Assembly (NCBI RefSeq): GCF_018350175.1
Contig: NC_058368.1
Span: forward strand, 121,956,001 to 122,020,000
Source of the DNA: Felis catus
Taxonomy: Eukaryota
DNA: 64,000 nucleotides
Direction of reading: 5' to 3'
Each line of letters starts with the position of its first letter. Position 1 is the first letter of the stretch. The notes under the pieces were generated by a model that was not told where the DNA came from, did no database searches, and saw nothing but the letters and a program-made list of their open reading frames with translations. Below are positions 63,972 through 64,000 of the stretch, one piece after another. Position numbers and translations under genes: made by a program.

Positions 63972-64000
63972 GAAAAACAAATGAACATTAAAAAAAAGAA

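Larger units (their letters stand above)
6567..64000 (-). other. PPP2R2B: 3' part of the very large PPP2R2B intron that follows the alternative first coding exons
   Basis: No sequence for the known N-termini (MEEDIDTRKINN..., MKCFSRYLPY...) was recognised in the window; the content is repeat-rich and non-coding. Confidence 0.85.

Noticed and set aside
6567..64000. SCA12-type CAG repeat and the B-beta1/B-beta2 first exons
   Set aside because: No CAG/CTG tract or matching peptide was seen; they are expected further upstream, outside the window.
1..64000. CRISPR array, operon, viral or mitochondrial insertion, or other novel multi-gene system
   Set aside because: No spaced repeat arrays, long ORFs, retroviral genes or clear compositional block were seen; the content fits an ordinary mammalian intron.

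Overview
Mammalian genomic DNA from a cat-family (felid) carnivore, judged by abundant Felidae-type tRNA-derived Can-SINEs and carnivore L1 3' ends. The window lies inside PPP2R2B (PP2A regulatory subunit B55-beta) on the minus strand. Two internal coding exons with canonical AG/GT splice sites are present: 6566-6469 (98 nt) and 3556-3391 (166 nt). They encode [88 protein letters not shown]. The remaining ~57 kb is part of the very large upstream intron, filled with Can-SINE, L1, L2, MIR, MaLR LTR and hAT-MITE relics. The other ORFs in the track look spurious or repeat-derived. I found no convincing novel multi-gene system. The best second-look items are a CpG-enriched, motif-dense candidate promoter/enhancer at ~44.6-44.95 kb, a TSD-flanked 24-nt U6 retrocopy, a scrambled L1, a fold-back hairpin in an old L1, an abutting inverted SINE pair, a UG-repeat 3' splice site and a candidate poison exon. 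Repeat subfamily names come from recalled consensus sequences and their boundaries are approximate.
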